This document shows, in pieces, positions 37,846-52,000 of a DNA stretch of 64,000 nucleotides (position 1 is the stretch's first letter; each line of letters starts with the position of its first letter). A program made the translations under genes and the position numbers. The DNA lies in assembly GCF_036971445.1 (NCBI RefSeq), contig NC_091469.1, forward strand, positions 240,622,001 through 240,686,000, written 5' to 3'. The stretch is from Narcine bancroftii. Taxonomy: Eukaryota. A model generated the notes under the pieces. It was not told where the DNA came from, made no database searches, and saw only the letters and a program-made list of their open reading frames with translations.

Positions 37846-39724
37846 CTGCAGATGAGAAATAGAGAACTTACAAACTGGACCATGTCTGGTGTCAGCTGGC
37901 TTCTCAACTTCGGCCCAGACTCAATCTCCAGTAAACTGTGCATTAGAATGAGGCCAGGGCTGTTCAACTGGTAAGTTGCTCATCTCTGCTACTGCCTTGA
38001 CTGAGAAAATAGAATTAAACATCAGGAACTCACTTCTCTGGGAACCAGTCAGGTTACAGCAGGGTCTGTAAGATGGTTGCAAGCTGAGTAACATTTAGCT
38101 GCCCATATGTCAATAAGTGCAATGTCCAGGAGATGAAATGCAGTGAAAGATGCAGTTTGTGACCAGAGGAAACATTGCACCAATTCCTGTTGTCTCAGTG
38201 CCTGTGTAGGTCTGCAGATTGACATTGGGCCTGCTAAATCAGTTCTCTCTGTTCAAACTGAACCTGGGACACTTCCAGTATGAAAACTCTAGTGCTGACA
38301 CTCAGATCTCCTGTGGCCCTGCCTCTTGCCATCCCTATATGTTTCACCAACAAAACAACCTTCTGAGCATTATGATTCTCCACAGCGCATGTGAATGGCA
38401 ACATTTTGTGAACTGTTCCTTGTGGATGTGCTCCTTGAATTCGTCACAATCAGTCCACTCTCTTTCATTTGAACTCTCACTCTGTCAGAATTACTGGCAA
38501 TGCTCTCACTGATCTTTTATCCTCAACTCTACACTCTGCATTGTTATCTTGTACTAGTTCCTGTAACTTGGAAGGGTTTGACCTGTCTGGATACAGTGGC
38601 GGATTGTCTACCTCCCGGGTTCCAAGGCTGAGCTTTAGTAAGGCTCCCCCTGACCTTGTCCCCCTGCCTCACCCTTCGTTGAATAAAGTTACATAAAATA
38701 ACTTCTATCGTTGTACTATGTATAATGTACTGCATGTATAAGCAAGAAATTAAATTGTAAGAGCAACCCTTTCCAGAAGTGCTTTCTTGGAATCGCATTC
38801 TGACTGATATTGTTGAGTAATCAGGCAGGGTCTTCACTTGAAAACAGTTGGCAGGATTCCTCACCTGTGCTTGGGGAACAGCGCACCCAAGTTCTCCTGA
38901 TTTTCTCGCCATTTGTATGGGAATGGTAAAACATGGACTTACTAAAGTAACATCTCTGTTTACCGTCATCTTTTATAGATTTTACAATACTGGCATTATG
39001 TTCCAACAGGCTTTGCTACCCATCTTTAACCAGTATATGCACATATTATTGCCAACTCGTGATGTAATAACGTCATCATGGGAAGTATAACCTCGCAGCT
39101 GCAGTACGAAGCCCTAAAAGCATTACTTCTAAATGTTTATGTTTGCAGCCTAATGTAGAAAACAAAATAGTATTTATAATATTTGTAATTTTACAGATAT
39201 GAAAAAAAATGCAAAAGTACTGAAATATCATCCAAAATACTCCCATGTGCACTCAATGAAACCATATTTTTTGCTCTTGGGCCCCCTTCCCTTCCAGGAC
39301 CCTAGGTTTAAGCCTACTCAGCTTAATGATTAATCCGCCACTGTCTGGATAGCGTGCATTATGAAGTTTTTCTCTGTGTCTCAGTACACATTGCAATAAA
39401 CAATTCGATTCCATTCTGGTCCCTCTGAAGGTTGGACTCTCGTTGTCTCTGCATCAGTGACTGTGCCTTCAGCAGTCACAAGCACTGGAACTCACTCACT
39501 GAACCTCAGTGAATCCCATCTGTCCTTCTTCAAACTGCTCCTTGCAATGACCATATGGAGTATGTAGCAGATTGGTTCGGCTGCTGGACTGGAGATGTGT
39601 TCAAATCCTAACAAAGCAGGTGAGAGTTCAAGTTCACTACAATCGATTCTGTACAAAATCCAGTGTCAAGAACACTGGCAACAGGACAGCTGGATTCTTT
39701 GAACCATCTGATTCATTCTTTCTT

Positions 39725-40432
39725 TGGCCCTTCTAGTCTGTGCTGAAACATCATTTCAATAGTCCCACAGACCTGCACCAAATAGTCAGAGAAAATTGGA
39801 GGAGCATATCTGTAGAGAGATAGCAGACCTAGATGGGTAAGAAGCAGAAAGTTGTGACAGTCGGAGATTTTAACTTTCCACATATTGACTAGGACTCCCA
39901 TACTGTAAAAGGGCTAGATGGCTTGGAGTTTGTCAAATGTGTTCAGGAAAGTTTTCTAAATCAATATATAGAGGTACCAATGAGAGAGGATACAGTAATT
40001 GATCTCCTATTAGGGAACCAGACAGGTCAGGTACAGAAGTATGTGTAGGTGAACATTTTGGGTCCAGTCACCATAATGTCATTAGATTCAAGTTAATTAT
40101 GGAAAAGGATAGGTCTGGTCCTCAAGTTGGGATTCTAAATTGGAGGAAGACCATTTTTGTGGAAATGAGAAAGGATCTAGAAAAAGTGAATTGGGATAAA
40201 TTGTTTTCTGGCAAAGATGTGTTCAGTGAGTGGAAGGCCTTCAAAGGCAAAATTTTGAGAGTGCAGAGTTTGCTTGTTCCTGTCAGACTTAAAAGGAAAG
40301 TTGCCAGGCAGAGGGAATTCTGGTTTCCAAGGGATATTGGTGATCTGGTTAAGAAGAGAGAGGTGTAGAGCAAGTATAGGCAACAAGGAGCTAATGAGGT
40401 ACCAGAAGAGTATAGAAGATGTAAGAAGATAC
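39725..40432 (+). mobile_element. CR1 LINE ORF2 fragment
   Basis: GDFNFPHID, GLDGLEFVKCVQESFL, ILNWRK..FVEMRKDL peptides. Confidence 0.88.
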
Positions 40433-40624
40433 TTAATGCTCCATTCACAAAAGCTGCCAAATCCCTCTGCATGAGGGCATACCATTTAAATATTAATATC
40501 ATCTTCTAGTTTTTCTTTCACCGTGAATGACCTCACATTGTACTCCATCTGACAGACCCTTCATTTAACCAGTCTGTCTCTCTTCAGACTCTGCATCCTC
40601 TCCACAATTTTTCTTCTGCACACA

Positions 40625-40870
40625 TGGGCGGTACGGTTGGCATAGCAGTTACCGCAATGTCTCTACAGTGCCACCGATTTGGGCCAGCGTTCAAATCCCA
40701 TCCCATCTATAAGGAGTTTGCATGTTCTCCCTCTGTCTGCGTGGGTTTTCTCTGGGGGCTTCGGTTTCCTCCAACCCTTCGAAACTTGCCAGGGGTGGAG
40801 GTTGATTGGGTGTAAATTAGACCGCATGGGTTTGTGGGCCGTAGCGATCTGTTACTGTGCTGTATGTCTG
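40625..40870 (+). mobile_element. HE1/V-SINE-like SINE
   Basis: tRNA-like head gggcggtacggttggcatagc plus V-domain core. Confidence 0.8.
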
Positions 40871-41179
40871 AATTTTATGTCATCAGTAGGCTTTGATACG
40901 GGACACTTGGTCCCTTCTTCCAAATCACTCACGCATATAGTGGGCCCAGCATCAGCCCCTGTTGCACTCTGCACACACTGATGGCCAACAGATAAACACC
41001 CATTTATCCGAATCTTCTATCTGAATCCTCCATCTTACCCCCAAGTTCATGCCTCCTTATTTTCTGGTTGTTTTTTTGTGGCACATTATTGAATGCCCTC
41101 TGGAAACCCAAGTCCCCAACAACCACCTGACCCCCTTGATCCATTGCTTTCATTATATCCTCAACAAACTCCAGGACAA

Positions 41180-41415
41180 CACGGTTAGTGTAAAAAGCTC
41201 TGACAGTGCCAGTTGTTGGGACCGGGGTTTGAAACCCTCGCGGTCCGTAAGGAGTTTGCGTGTTCTCCCTGTGTCGCTGGGGTGCCGATTTCCTCCCACA
41301 GTTCAAAAAACATACAGAGGGTTATAGGCCAATTGAGAATAGTTGGGCGGCACAGATCGTGGGTCAAAAGGGCCTGTTACCGCACTGTATTTCTAAATTA
41401 AAATTTGAAATTTAA
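41180..41415 (+). mobile_element. HE1/V-SINE-like SINE
   Basis: Same core; inserted in a CR1 remnant. Confidence 0.78.
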
Positions 41416-42531
41416 ATCTGTCACAAGATTTCAAGACCCCACCACAAAAAGATGCAGACTGGTGACTAAATCATGCACTTTGTACTGATTTGTGCCACAA
41501 ATTCACTGATTCTTTTTAATACAACTTGGCATTCAGGTAAAGTGCCCTTACACTCATCGTCCATTCAGGCTCCATAATCTGGCTCATTCACATTCGACTT
41601 TTCTGCACTCCTCTCTCACTTTTTTCTTACTTTTGCTTTGGTGTCTGCATTGCCTCCCTCTGTGTCTGTGCCTGGATTCCCACCCCCTTCCACCTAAACC
41701 CTCCCCAACAAAAGAAGCAAATATTCCCTCAGGATGTTGATCCTGATCCTGCCCAGGTGTAGTCAGTTGATGTCAACTGCCAATCCCTACTTGCAGGCAT
41801 TTGATATTTCATGGACTATTTGAAAGAGCTCATTGTAGAAATAGAGGACTCTTAGTGACTCTAATTTCAGATTGGTCAGAGTTTCACCAATGATTTGTAA
41901 ATTTGGCCCCTGACATTAAGAATTGCAAGGTGTTCGGCCCCGTCCTGTAGTCGTGACACAGTTTCAATGTCCAGTGGTCCCAGGTGAGAAGTCACCACCA
42001 GAAAGCCTGGCCGGGTTGGGACAATCCCCCTGATTGTTGGAGAATGCTGATACTATCCCAGTGGCTTAATTATATTAATCTTTTGTCAGAATTTAAACAA
42101 ACACTTTGCCAACTCAAGAATTATACATTTCTGCATTGGACTGAATTCAGTAGTTGGAATGAAAATAACACGGTTGATATTTTTGGTGCAAAATGTTTCA
42201 ACTAAAAGCACAGTACGAGACAGGACACCAGTTGGATCCCTGTGTTCAGTCACAACGATCTGCCTCAGGTTCAGGTTTGTGAAAGGGTTCACCACCCTTC
42301 CCCATCCATCTGCATTTACCTCCTGCCTCACAGGCTCCAGATGAGGACAAGGGCTTCCAGTCCTCAACAGGAGTCAAACCAGAAAAGTGATCTGGTCCTG
42401 CAGTAGGTCAGTGAAGCAACAGTGTCCACAAATAAATGGGCAAGGAATAGGGAGAGTGTGAATGGAGAATTGCTCCACCCTGTTACGTTAGGGTGCTAGT
42501 GGATGCTGCGGGCTGAATTTATATCTGCTCT

Positions 42532-42775
42532 GCGGCACGGTTAGCATAGAGGTTAGTACAACGCTATTACAGCACCAGTGACCTGGGATCATATCCAGCA
42601 CTGTTGGTTACGAGTTTATAGGTTCTCCCCGTGTCTGCGGGGGTTTCCTTTGGGTGCTCTGGTGTCTTACCACTCTTCAAAAATGTACATGGGGTTGTAG
42701 GTTAATCGGTGTATTTGGGAGGCAGTGACTCTTGGGCCAGAAGGGTCTGTTACCGCACTGTATGTTTAAATTTAA
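42532..42775 (+). mobile_element. HE1/V-SINE-like SINE
   Basis: gcggcacggttagcatag head, core and tail. Confidence 0.8.
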
Positions 42776-42984
42776 AAAGTTTGCAACAAAATGGCACACT
42801 TATTCAATTCGGAGGGTCAGAGATCGTGATGGATGGACGGACATGATCACCCACGCCGAACGGTAAGGGAGTTCAATACCATGTATGTTCAATACCAATC
42901 AGTTCATTTCACTCTTCCTTGTTGAATATTTACAAGAATGTACAGCACCATCCTGGAATGTCAATAAAGATTGATCCAATAGAG

Positions 42985-44006
42985 CACACATGTCAAACTC
43001 TGGCCCGTGGGCCAAATTTGGCCCGCGATATAATTATATTTGGCCCGCAAGATCATTTCAAAAATGTATTAGAGGTGGCCCGCTGGCCGCTGCGCCAGTA
43101 TAGCGCATGCACAGTAATACAACAAATCCCAGAATGCATTGGCGTCAGCCCGCTAATCGCCCCCACCTCCTCTGTTTACGTTGCAGGGTCTCACCGTGGA
43201 CTCTGGTTTTGAGGCCTGGCCGGTGTCAGGGGAAGCCAAGGCCGTTTCCCAGCGCCCGGAACCGGAGGCCTCGGGCCTGACCTCGCCAGGACCGTTGCCC
43301 ACTCCCCCTCCCTGCCGCAGGCCGACCCGCGACTCACGGTGACGGGGCTGCTGATCCGCCGAGATGCCGCCCTGCAGCGAGAGCCGATGCCCCCGCACTG
43401 TCGTTGTCCAACCCGATCGCCCGCAAACCCTGCCCTCCCGCACACAGGCCTGAGTAAGTATTATGAACTTTAATCTCAGGATAAAATGATCTTCCAATAG
43501 TTTCATGTCAGTGATAAATATATTCCTGGTTAAAAATGGTCCTGCACCTGGATACAAGCTCATTAGGCATAAAACTTGAAAAGTGTGTAAATCAAAGGAT
43601 ATCTGTACCAGTGGAAAAAGGGCATGGCAAATAACCTTGCCAGAGTTCATGCCCACAATCAGTCACCCATTTGATTGTTTCAGGAATCATGTTATTCTCC
43701 CACATTCTCAATAGCCCTCAGATTTTACTATTCGACAGCACACTAGCAACATTTGACAAATCCTCTATAGAGAAATATTATTTATTGAATATTTTATTTC
43801 TCATTTGTTAATGCTTCTGGAAAGAGTTTATCCAAAACTATTATTAAACATTTATTTTAATAAGAAAAAGTTTAACATTACATATGTTGAAAGAAGAGAA
43901 AACATGCAGATGTTGTTGAAAATTTTCAATAAATATTTAGTTCGGCCCTCGACTTAGTGCAAGTTTTTAATTTTGGCCCTCCGTGAATTTGAGTTTGACA
44001 CCCCTG
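42985..44006. mobile_element. Non-autonomous hAT (Charlie-like) DNA transposon
   Basis: TIRs ca...tgtcaaactc / gagtttgacacccctg; perfect 8-bp TSD CAATAGAG (42977-42984 and 44007-44014). Confidence 0.9.
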
Positions 44007-44624
44007 CAATAGAGGAACGTTGGCTAACGTTACACACTCAAAAACATGAAGGTCCCTTCAGTCTGGAATAAGTCTTGAATGTTAAGGTGCAAGGCATTTT
44101 CACCCTTCTTCCCTGCATCTGGAAAATGGAAGCTCCGCATATCCCCCCAGTATCTACCTTAGGTCTGTAAGGCTCTTCAAGGGTAGAAATCACGCAAACC
44201 CCACTGACCTGCAGGTTTGTGAATACAAGAAAATAGGATTGGAGGATGTTTCCCGACCCCTCAAGCTTGTCAATGACATTACTTTGCTGTCATTGTCCCC
44301 ATCACTTCATCCATTGCCCTCTCTCCACTTTGCTGCCACATGGCTTACAATTCCCTCAACTTCCGTTGCTGGAAACCCAGACGAATGACCTTTATATCCC
44401 TTCATCCATGTCATGAATACTTTCCACAAATGGTTACGGCAGCCACAAAACGCTGCACATCATTGTATCCTGCTGGGTTCAGTTCCCACCCATTGTGTTT
44501 CCTGTCATTCTGCCAGTCTCATAAACAGGTCAATAATTTGTGTTCAATTCTACGAGCTGTAACTGTGGCAAACAGTCTCCTATCAATAAATTCCTATCTC
44601 AAATATTTAATTGTCTCTTTGATA

Positions 44625-45220
44625 CAGCATAGAATATAGGAGTTGGGAGGTAACGTTGAGACTGTTCAAGGCATTGGTGAGGCCAAATTTGGAATATTGT
44701 GTGCAGTTCTGGTCCCCAAATTACAGGAAGGATATCAATAAGGTAGAGAGGGTGCAGAGAAGATTTACTAAAATGTTGTCTAGATTGCAGTATCTAGAAT
44801 ACAAAGAAAGACTGAGTAGACTAGGTCTTTATTCATTGGAGCGTAGAAGGTTGAGGGGGGACTTGATAGAGGCATATAAAATTATGAAGGGGCTAGATAG
44901 AATAGATGTGAATAGGCTCTTCCCCTTGTGGGTAGGTGAGATTGAAATGAGGGGTTAGGGGAAAAAGTTTAGAAATTACATGAGGGGGAACTTCTTCACT
45001 CAGAGAGTGATGGCTGAGTGGAATGACCTTCCAAAGAGGTGGTTGCAGCAGAGTTAATTTTGTCATTTAATAGAAGGTTGGATAAGTGCATGGATGTGAG
45101 GGGATTGGAGGGTTATGGACAGGGAGCAGGTAGATGGGACTAGAGGAGATCACTTAAATCGGTGTGGACAAGAGGGGCCGAGATGGCCTGTTTCCGTACT
45201 GTAATTGTTATATGGTTATA
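44625..45220 (+). mobile_element. CR1 LINE 3' end
   Basis: LFKALVRPNLEYCVQFWSPNYRKDI..VERVQRRFTKM..LERRRLRGDLIE. Confidence 0.93.
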
Positions 45221-46017
45221 GAAGTTTAATGACATTCATAAGGTATGATGTTACCTATAAAAGATTAGTGCTGTATAACAGTGAGGACTGAAGTCTCATA
45301 AAATGGGACAGAACCCAATGAATTATTGGAAGTCCTCACTCTGTTCCTTTACTGCTTTGTGTGCCTCCCTGCTTTACCCTCATGTTCTATTTTCCCTTTT
45401 TGATTCCTTGCACACGCTATTTTGCTCTCAGTCGATTTCCTTTCCACTTCAACTTTTGTTTCTGTTTGCAATTCTCTTTGTCTCTATCTCCATTCAACTC
45501 ACAAGAACAACAGGAAACAGGAGCAAGTGTAGATCACCAAGCACTTCATGTCCGCCCAGCCAGTCAACCTGATCATGGCTGGTTTACTTTGGCCTCATCT
45601 TCCCCAAGCCCTCAATCCTTGATCTTAAATATTTAACAATTTCCATTTTAAATATATGTCGTGATTGAGCCTTCACCACCTTTGGGGCTGATTTTCTTCT
45701 TTACAGTTAGCTTAACTGTGCCATTGGAATGGAACCATTCCCAGCATTGAGGTGACCCTCTATTCAACTTCACATGTTCACACGTGGTAAGCAGCAGCCA
45801 AGGACTCCTCAAACAATGATTGCCCCTTCTTGGACACAGTTGTCACGTGCGGCTCAGTGGTTAGCAATGGCACGTCTTAGTCAGAAAATAATGGATTCTA
45901 GCTCCTCTCTAGAGCCTTAAGCCTGTAATGAAAGCCAACAGTCCAGAGGGTCAGATCAACCACTGGAAATGGTGTTGATAGATGAGGCTTCAGATAGATC
46001 TCAATAATCGAGGGAAG

Positions 46018-47072
46018 TCACGTAATGGAGTAGTGACCGGTAAGAAAATACCAGCCCTCTCCAGAAAAGTTTTTAAAAAGTAAAGAAAAAGCAAAGCCAC
46101 AAACACAGAAACCATAACAAATTAACAATAAAGGTGTGGAGAAAATGGCAGCAAAGAAAGAAAAACCAAAAACAATGAGAAGAAAAGAAGAAAGAAAGAT
46201 GTCGGAAGAGAAAGGTGAAGGCCTTACCTCTACGAGGAGGCTCGCTGTGGAGAGAGAAGCCCGCTCCCTGAGGTCAGTGGAAACCCCGAACTCAGGACTA
46301 CAAAGATGGCTCACGGAGCCAAACAAAAGTGCGCAACTGCGCATGTGCGAATCCGATTCGCGCATGCGCGATGCACAAGACAAAAACACACCAACGGGAG
46401 GGGGGACCAGCTGAGGAGTAAATCTCCACAGCTGAAACAGACAAGTATAACACGACAGCAAGACTCCCAACAGGAAAACAGAAAATAACGGGAACAAGAA
46501 GGAAAAGAATAAAAATAGGAAATCAGGGAAACAACAGATGACCAACCCAGAGGAAGACGACCAACACCAAGACACCTTTAATAAAAATAATAAAAACAAA
46601 AATACCCAACAAAATAAAATAAACAACCCAACAAGAAAATCAGAGGAGACAGAGGTAAAGGACACAGATCCTGGAGTGGACTCAGAACAAGAGGAGGGAG
46701 AACATCAAACTCTACACAGAGAAATGGAAGATGAAGGGAAGGGACAGTACATGGATAAAAAATTCTTTAAAGAATATAAAAGAATGGCTGACACAAGAAT
46801 TCAGTGAAATAAAAAGAAGAATAAAAGGTACAGAAGAAAAAGTGAATAGATTAGAGATGGTCATGACAGAAATAGGAAAAAGAGTAGACAAGGTGGAAGA
46901 ACGAGAAACAACAGTAGAAATGGAGGTGGATGACTTAAAAAAGAAATTGGAAGAATCTGATAAAAAAGTTAAAGAAACACAGAAGCTGTTACTCAGAAGA
47001 TAGATATAATGAAAAATTATAATAGGAGAAACAATATAAAGATAGTGGGCCTTAAAAAAGATGAAGAAGGCA
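46018..47072 (+). mobile_element. L1-clade LINE 5' UTR and ORF1 N-terminal fragment
   Basis: A-rich coiled-coil ORF1 (KRVDKVEERE..DLKKKLEE) ending in NYNRRNNIKIVGL. Confidence 0.82.
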
Positions 47073-49023
47073 AAAGGTTGGACCTGGATGTTGGAGAACT
47101 ACACCATGACCTCAGCACCGTGTGGTCGCAATGCTGGGTCTCTGGCCCAAGAAAACCCTGACACAATGCAAACCTGAGTTGTCAGAGCTGTCACAAAACA
47201 TAAATTTGAAATGAATCCAAAACATTAAAATGGACAAAATCAGCAATGTACAGGGCATTAAAACCACAAAAGGTATCCAGAAATCCTTTATCGCCCATGA
47301 TCTTCAGGCCAAGAGTCCCCAGATGAATGGGGACTGTGAGCCTTTGCCTGGCCCAGCCTGGTTGGGAATCATTTTGTTGGAATCCCTGGTCTAATCCTGG
47401 GTGGATTGTTGTGAATGGTCCAATGGCATCTCCAACTCAGTGAACCCTGTACAGTGGGGCTGTGGATGTGCAGGACTGACTGCAGTGCAAGTGGCTGGAC
47501 GCTGAGGGTTCCCTTTTGAACTGCCACTCACTGCCAGAACTGTCTGATCCAGGGGAGCCTCAGCTTTCCAAGGACTCAGCAATTCCAATAAAGGATGATC
47601 AGCTTCAATGTGAGGAAGCTCGCTGCTCTTCATTGATGTCAGTCCTCAGTAATACAGGGATTGCTGGACCAAATGACTGGGATCATCTGGTTGCCCTCCA
47701 ACCAGTCAATTTCTGTCAATTCATCCACAGCAGAGTCAGCCTTCAGGTGGGGAGTCCCTAGTGGAGAAGAATTTTGGGAACTGTCCTCCATCCCATCACT
47801 AACACGGACCGTCTGGACTTTTTTCTGATTCTGTTTGAGGGAACAAGCTGCAGATAAGTTGTATACAATATGGGCTGGGGAATAGTTTGGGATGTTCTGA
47901 AAGTCAATGAAGAACACAAAATAGCTTCCACCAAATAAAAGCATCAAAATAAAAATGAAGAGGCTGGGTGTCAAAATCTGACTGAAGGAGATTAATGAAA
48001 GGATATTGATGTGAAACAATCTGTGCCTCTCCCCACAGAGGGTCCTAGAGCTGCCATGTGTCTCCAGTAGAAGAGGCACAATGACAGTCAGTGGGATTTA
48101 CATCTGAGGATCTTTTCCATGCCAGGACCTGCAGATGGTAAGTGCAGTTTAATTTGGATCAGTGTTCCTAATGGTGGTCAGGAGGTGAACTTGTAAAACA
48201 AATCAAACTGACTGCAGGGAGTCAGGTACAGAGGGGTCTGGAGCTGTGGGGGGGGGGGGGGGTCGACAGCAGGGCGCTGGGGTGGAGAGGGGTTTGAGGA
48301 CAGAGTGTGATTTCTAAAAGAATACCCTGGGGATGTGGGAATGAACAGCTAGTTGTTTTGGATTCGACCTGATCTCAGGAAGCAGAACATCAGAAAAGTC
48401 AAGCAGTTTAACTCCAAACTCTGAGCCTTACGTTCATACATTAGGTGGAATGAAATGCTTTGTGTACTGGAAAAACTTGAAATATTGCAATTCAAGAGTA
48501 AAGACAGGAAATCTGTACCGCTGAAAATCACAGCCCCTTTGGATATAACATTTTTTCCCTGTCCCAACGATTCATGTTGCGAACTTTCGACATCAAATTG
48601 ATTCCCAATGTATAGAATCCTCTGCGTTCAGTCGCATTGCCCCAGGAGTGTTGGACACAACAGCATGGAGAGTTGAGTTCCATGTTTCAGTGTCCATTAA
48701 TGTCCTGGAGGGTACAGCAAGAGAGTGTGGAGGGAACTTCCCCAGGGTCAACCCCGTGCTCTGGGAGTGAGAAGCAAGTTTAAAAGGAACTTTGTATCTG
48801 ACAGGACAGTGCAGGGGGAGCTTAATTGGGTGTTTCACTCGGGCTCGAGTGGGTTTTTTTTTGGATTTAAACAATGAATAATCCACTCATTCCTCTGAAT
48901 GACTGCACACAGATCGAGTCAATTCATCCATCTGGCCAGGGCTTGCCACTCAACTAAGCGAATTACTCGACTGAATGGTCAAACATTCTCCACCCACTTT
49001 TCCCCCATCTCAAGAGGTGTATG

Positions 49024-52000
49024 TGTGGTGGTACACCACCAGCCGACTGTGGGTGGCAACCTCTGTACCTGCAGGAGAGTAAGGGGGCAGGACAACACCT
49101 AGCCGGCTGCCAATCAGTCGGCCTGGATGGATCAAGCCCCACCCGGTCGGCTGTCAATCACCCTCTGGGCTATAAGCCTGTGCCAATCTCCTGAGGCCTC
49201 ACACTGAGTTGCTGCAGCCACAGCCAGCCAGGCTCTGTGGAGGTTTTTGTGGATTAAAGCCTGTTGTTCAGTCTTTACCTTGTGTGTGTCTGATTCTGTC
49301 GAACAGTACACCACAATTTAATCCACAAAATTTTCCCACGGCTGCCATGGAAAAACTCCTGTGAGCAGGGAGCCTAGAGGTCGACCCACGCCACCCAGAA
49401 GCCCAAGATCTGGCAGCACGCGGTTGAGGCAAACATCGAGGCACACAAGGGCCTGGACTCCGATCAGAAGAGGTTGGTCCTACTCCGGTCAAAGCTGGGT
49501 CCCCGAGCCTTCCAGGTAACCAAAGGCTGCACCACGTACAAGAGCGCAATGGAAACTCTTGAGAACTTGTGCAAGCCCTCCATGAATGTGGTCTGTTCAA
49601 GGTACCTCCTCAACACCTGAGCCCAGCAACCTGGGGAAATGGCTGAGTCTTACCTGGGACACTTGCGAGAGTGGGCCCGACCGTGGTTGGCTGAACCCGG
49701 GGTAGGTGTAGAGGAGGTCGAGAGGCTGATCCGGGACGCCTTCATCTGAGGGCTATGCTTGAGAGCCATCCGGCAGAAGCTGCTGGAGGACAACATCTAT
49801 GCCCTAACCAGGACTATGGAAGTGGTCCAAACCCTGCAAGCAGCAGTCCTGCACGTCGAAGCCTTCAATTCCGGTTTTCCCCAGGCTCCCTCATGGACCT
49901 CTCACACTGCAACTGCAGCCCCAGGCCGAGCTGGGGAGGAGAACATCACTGCGGCAGGGTCTATCGGTCCTGGTGCGGGTCAGATTGACGATAACGCCAA
50001 AAATCGTCCATTTCCCAAAAATGCCCAGCTAGGAACCTGTATTGTTCCCGATGCGGCCTGAAAGGCCACTTTGCAGAAGTGTGCCTCTCTAAACCTGCCA
50101 GCAGCTCAACGGCCCTCTATGACCTCCTTACTCCCCTGCGGATCCCCACCCCACATGCGTGTGCCAGATGGCGCCAATGTCCCCGCAACGACTTCTGTCT
50201 TCCCCGACTTCAACCATGTAAAATCCGGCCCCGCCAGCAACCGTCGCAGCGTGTGCCCTGAGCATCTGCACCAGCCCTCGCTGAAAACTACAGCGACGCC
50301 ACTTCTGGCTCACGCCATGATGACGCCACTGCCCCTGGCCATGACGACATCACTTCCCCCAGTGCAGCGGACACGGCTGGGGAAGGAGGCCAGCCACACA
50401 GCTGCTCCCAACAAGCCACCGACGTCTTGGGCCGACGTGGTCAACATGGGCGATGACCAGGCCACCATACCGACACTCCCCATGCCTCCGAAGGCCATTG
50501 GCTACCGCACGCTGCACCTCATGACCGATGTCGACATGGTCAACACGGGCGATGACCAGGACGCCCTATTGACGCTCCCCATCCCTCTGGATAGCGACGA
50601 CTCCAACTCCAAGATGGTCCTGGCCGCCACCACACTGACCAGGGGCATTCCCCATGATCTTGGGTGCTCGATGATGGACATGCAAGTCAACGGGCAGGTA
50701 ACAAAGTGCCTGTTGGACAATGGCAACTCTGAGAGCTTTGTTCACCCAAGTGTGACCCACTCCCTAAGGTTAAAGGTCCACCCCACCACCTGCTCGATCG
50801 CCCTTGCCACCAAGAATAAGACTTTTGGTACCCTCAGACATTGATCGGTCAATATAACAGTGGGAGGGGAGACTTACACAGGATTTAGGCTCCTGGTCAC
50901 GCCCAAGCTCTGCGCACCAGTCCTCCTGGGCCAGGATTTCCAGTGCCACCCGCAGAGTGTCACCCTTGCCTTTGGGGGCCCCAAACCTCCACACACATTG
51001 CACAGCACGCCAACCTACCAGCCCCGGCCAACCTGCGGCCTCCCCACACTGCGCATCACCCCACTGGCGCCCTTTCCACATCTTGCACTAGGCTGCAAGC
51101 CGATCGCCACCAGAAGTAGGCGCTATTGTGCTGCAGACAGGGAATTCATCAAGGCGGAGATGCGACGACTCCTGGTGGAAGGCGTTATAGAGCCCAGTAA
51201 CAGCCCTTGGAGAGCCCAAGTCCTGGTGGTCAAAGGGGGATGTAAGCCGAGAATGGTCATGGATTACAGCCAGACATTTAATTGGTACACCCAGCTGGAT
51301 GCTTACCCCCTGCTGAGGATCGCCGACATGGTCGATGAGATCGCCCACTACAGGTTTTCTCCATGATTGACCTGAAGTCGGCGTATCACCAGAAGGACAA
51401 GCCCCTATCCACCTGAAGGACAAGCCCTACACCATTTTTAAGGCAGATGGGCGCCTGTGCCAGTTCCGCCAGGTTCCTTTTGGGGTCAAGAACGGGGTCT
51501 CAGTCTTCCAGCGGGAGATGGATCGCATAGTAGACCAGCATAAGCTAAAGGCAACATTCCCATATCTGGATAACGTCACTCTCTGCGGCCGTGACCAGCA
51601 GGACCACGATGCTAACCTGGAAAAATTCTTCCAGATGGTCGGGGAGGTCAACTTTACTTACAATGAGTTCCACCTGCCTTACCATCCTGGGGTACATCAT
51701 GACCCATGGAGTTGATGGCCCAGATTCGGAAAGGATGCGCCCATTAATGGAGTTACCTCTTCCCCCCCCCCACGCTAAAGGCCCTCTGCAGGTGCCTGGG
51801 CCTGTTCTCTTATTACTCGCAGTGGGTCCCTCACTTCTCGGACAAGGTTCGCCCACTGGCCCAAGCCACAACTTTTCCCCTCCCACCTGAGGCACAGGCA
51901 ACCTTCACCCTCATTAGGCAAGACATCGCGGACACCATGATGCAGGCTGTGGATGAGGACTTCCCCTTCCAGGTGGAGAGCGATGCCTCTGAGGTGCTCC

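Noticed and set aside
38030-38340. Possible Cw2 exon upstream of Cw3
   Set aside because: The portion translated in three minus-strand frames shows no Ig C1-set Cys/Trp pattern.
40625-40710. tRNA gene
   Set aside because: tRNA-derived SINE head followed by the V-SINE body; many diverged copies in the window.
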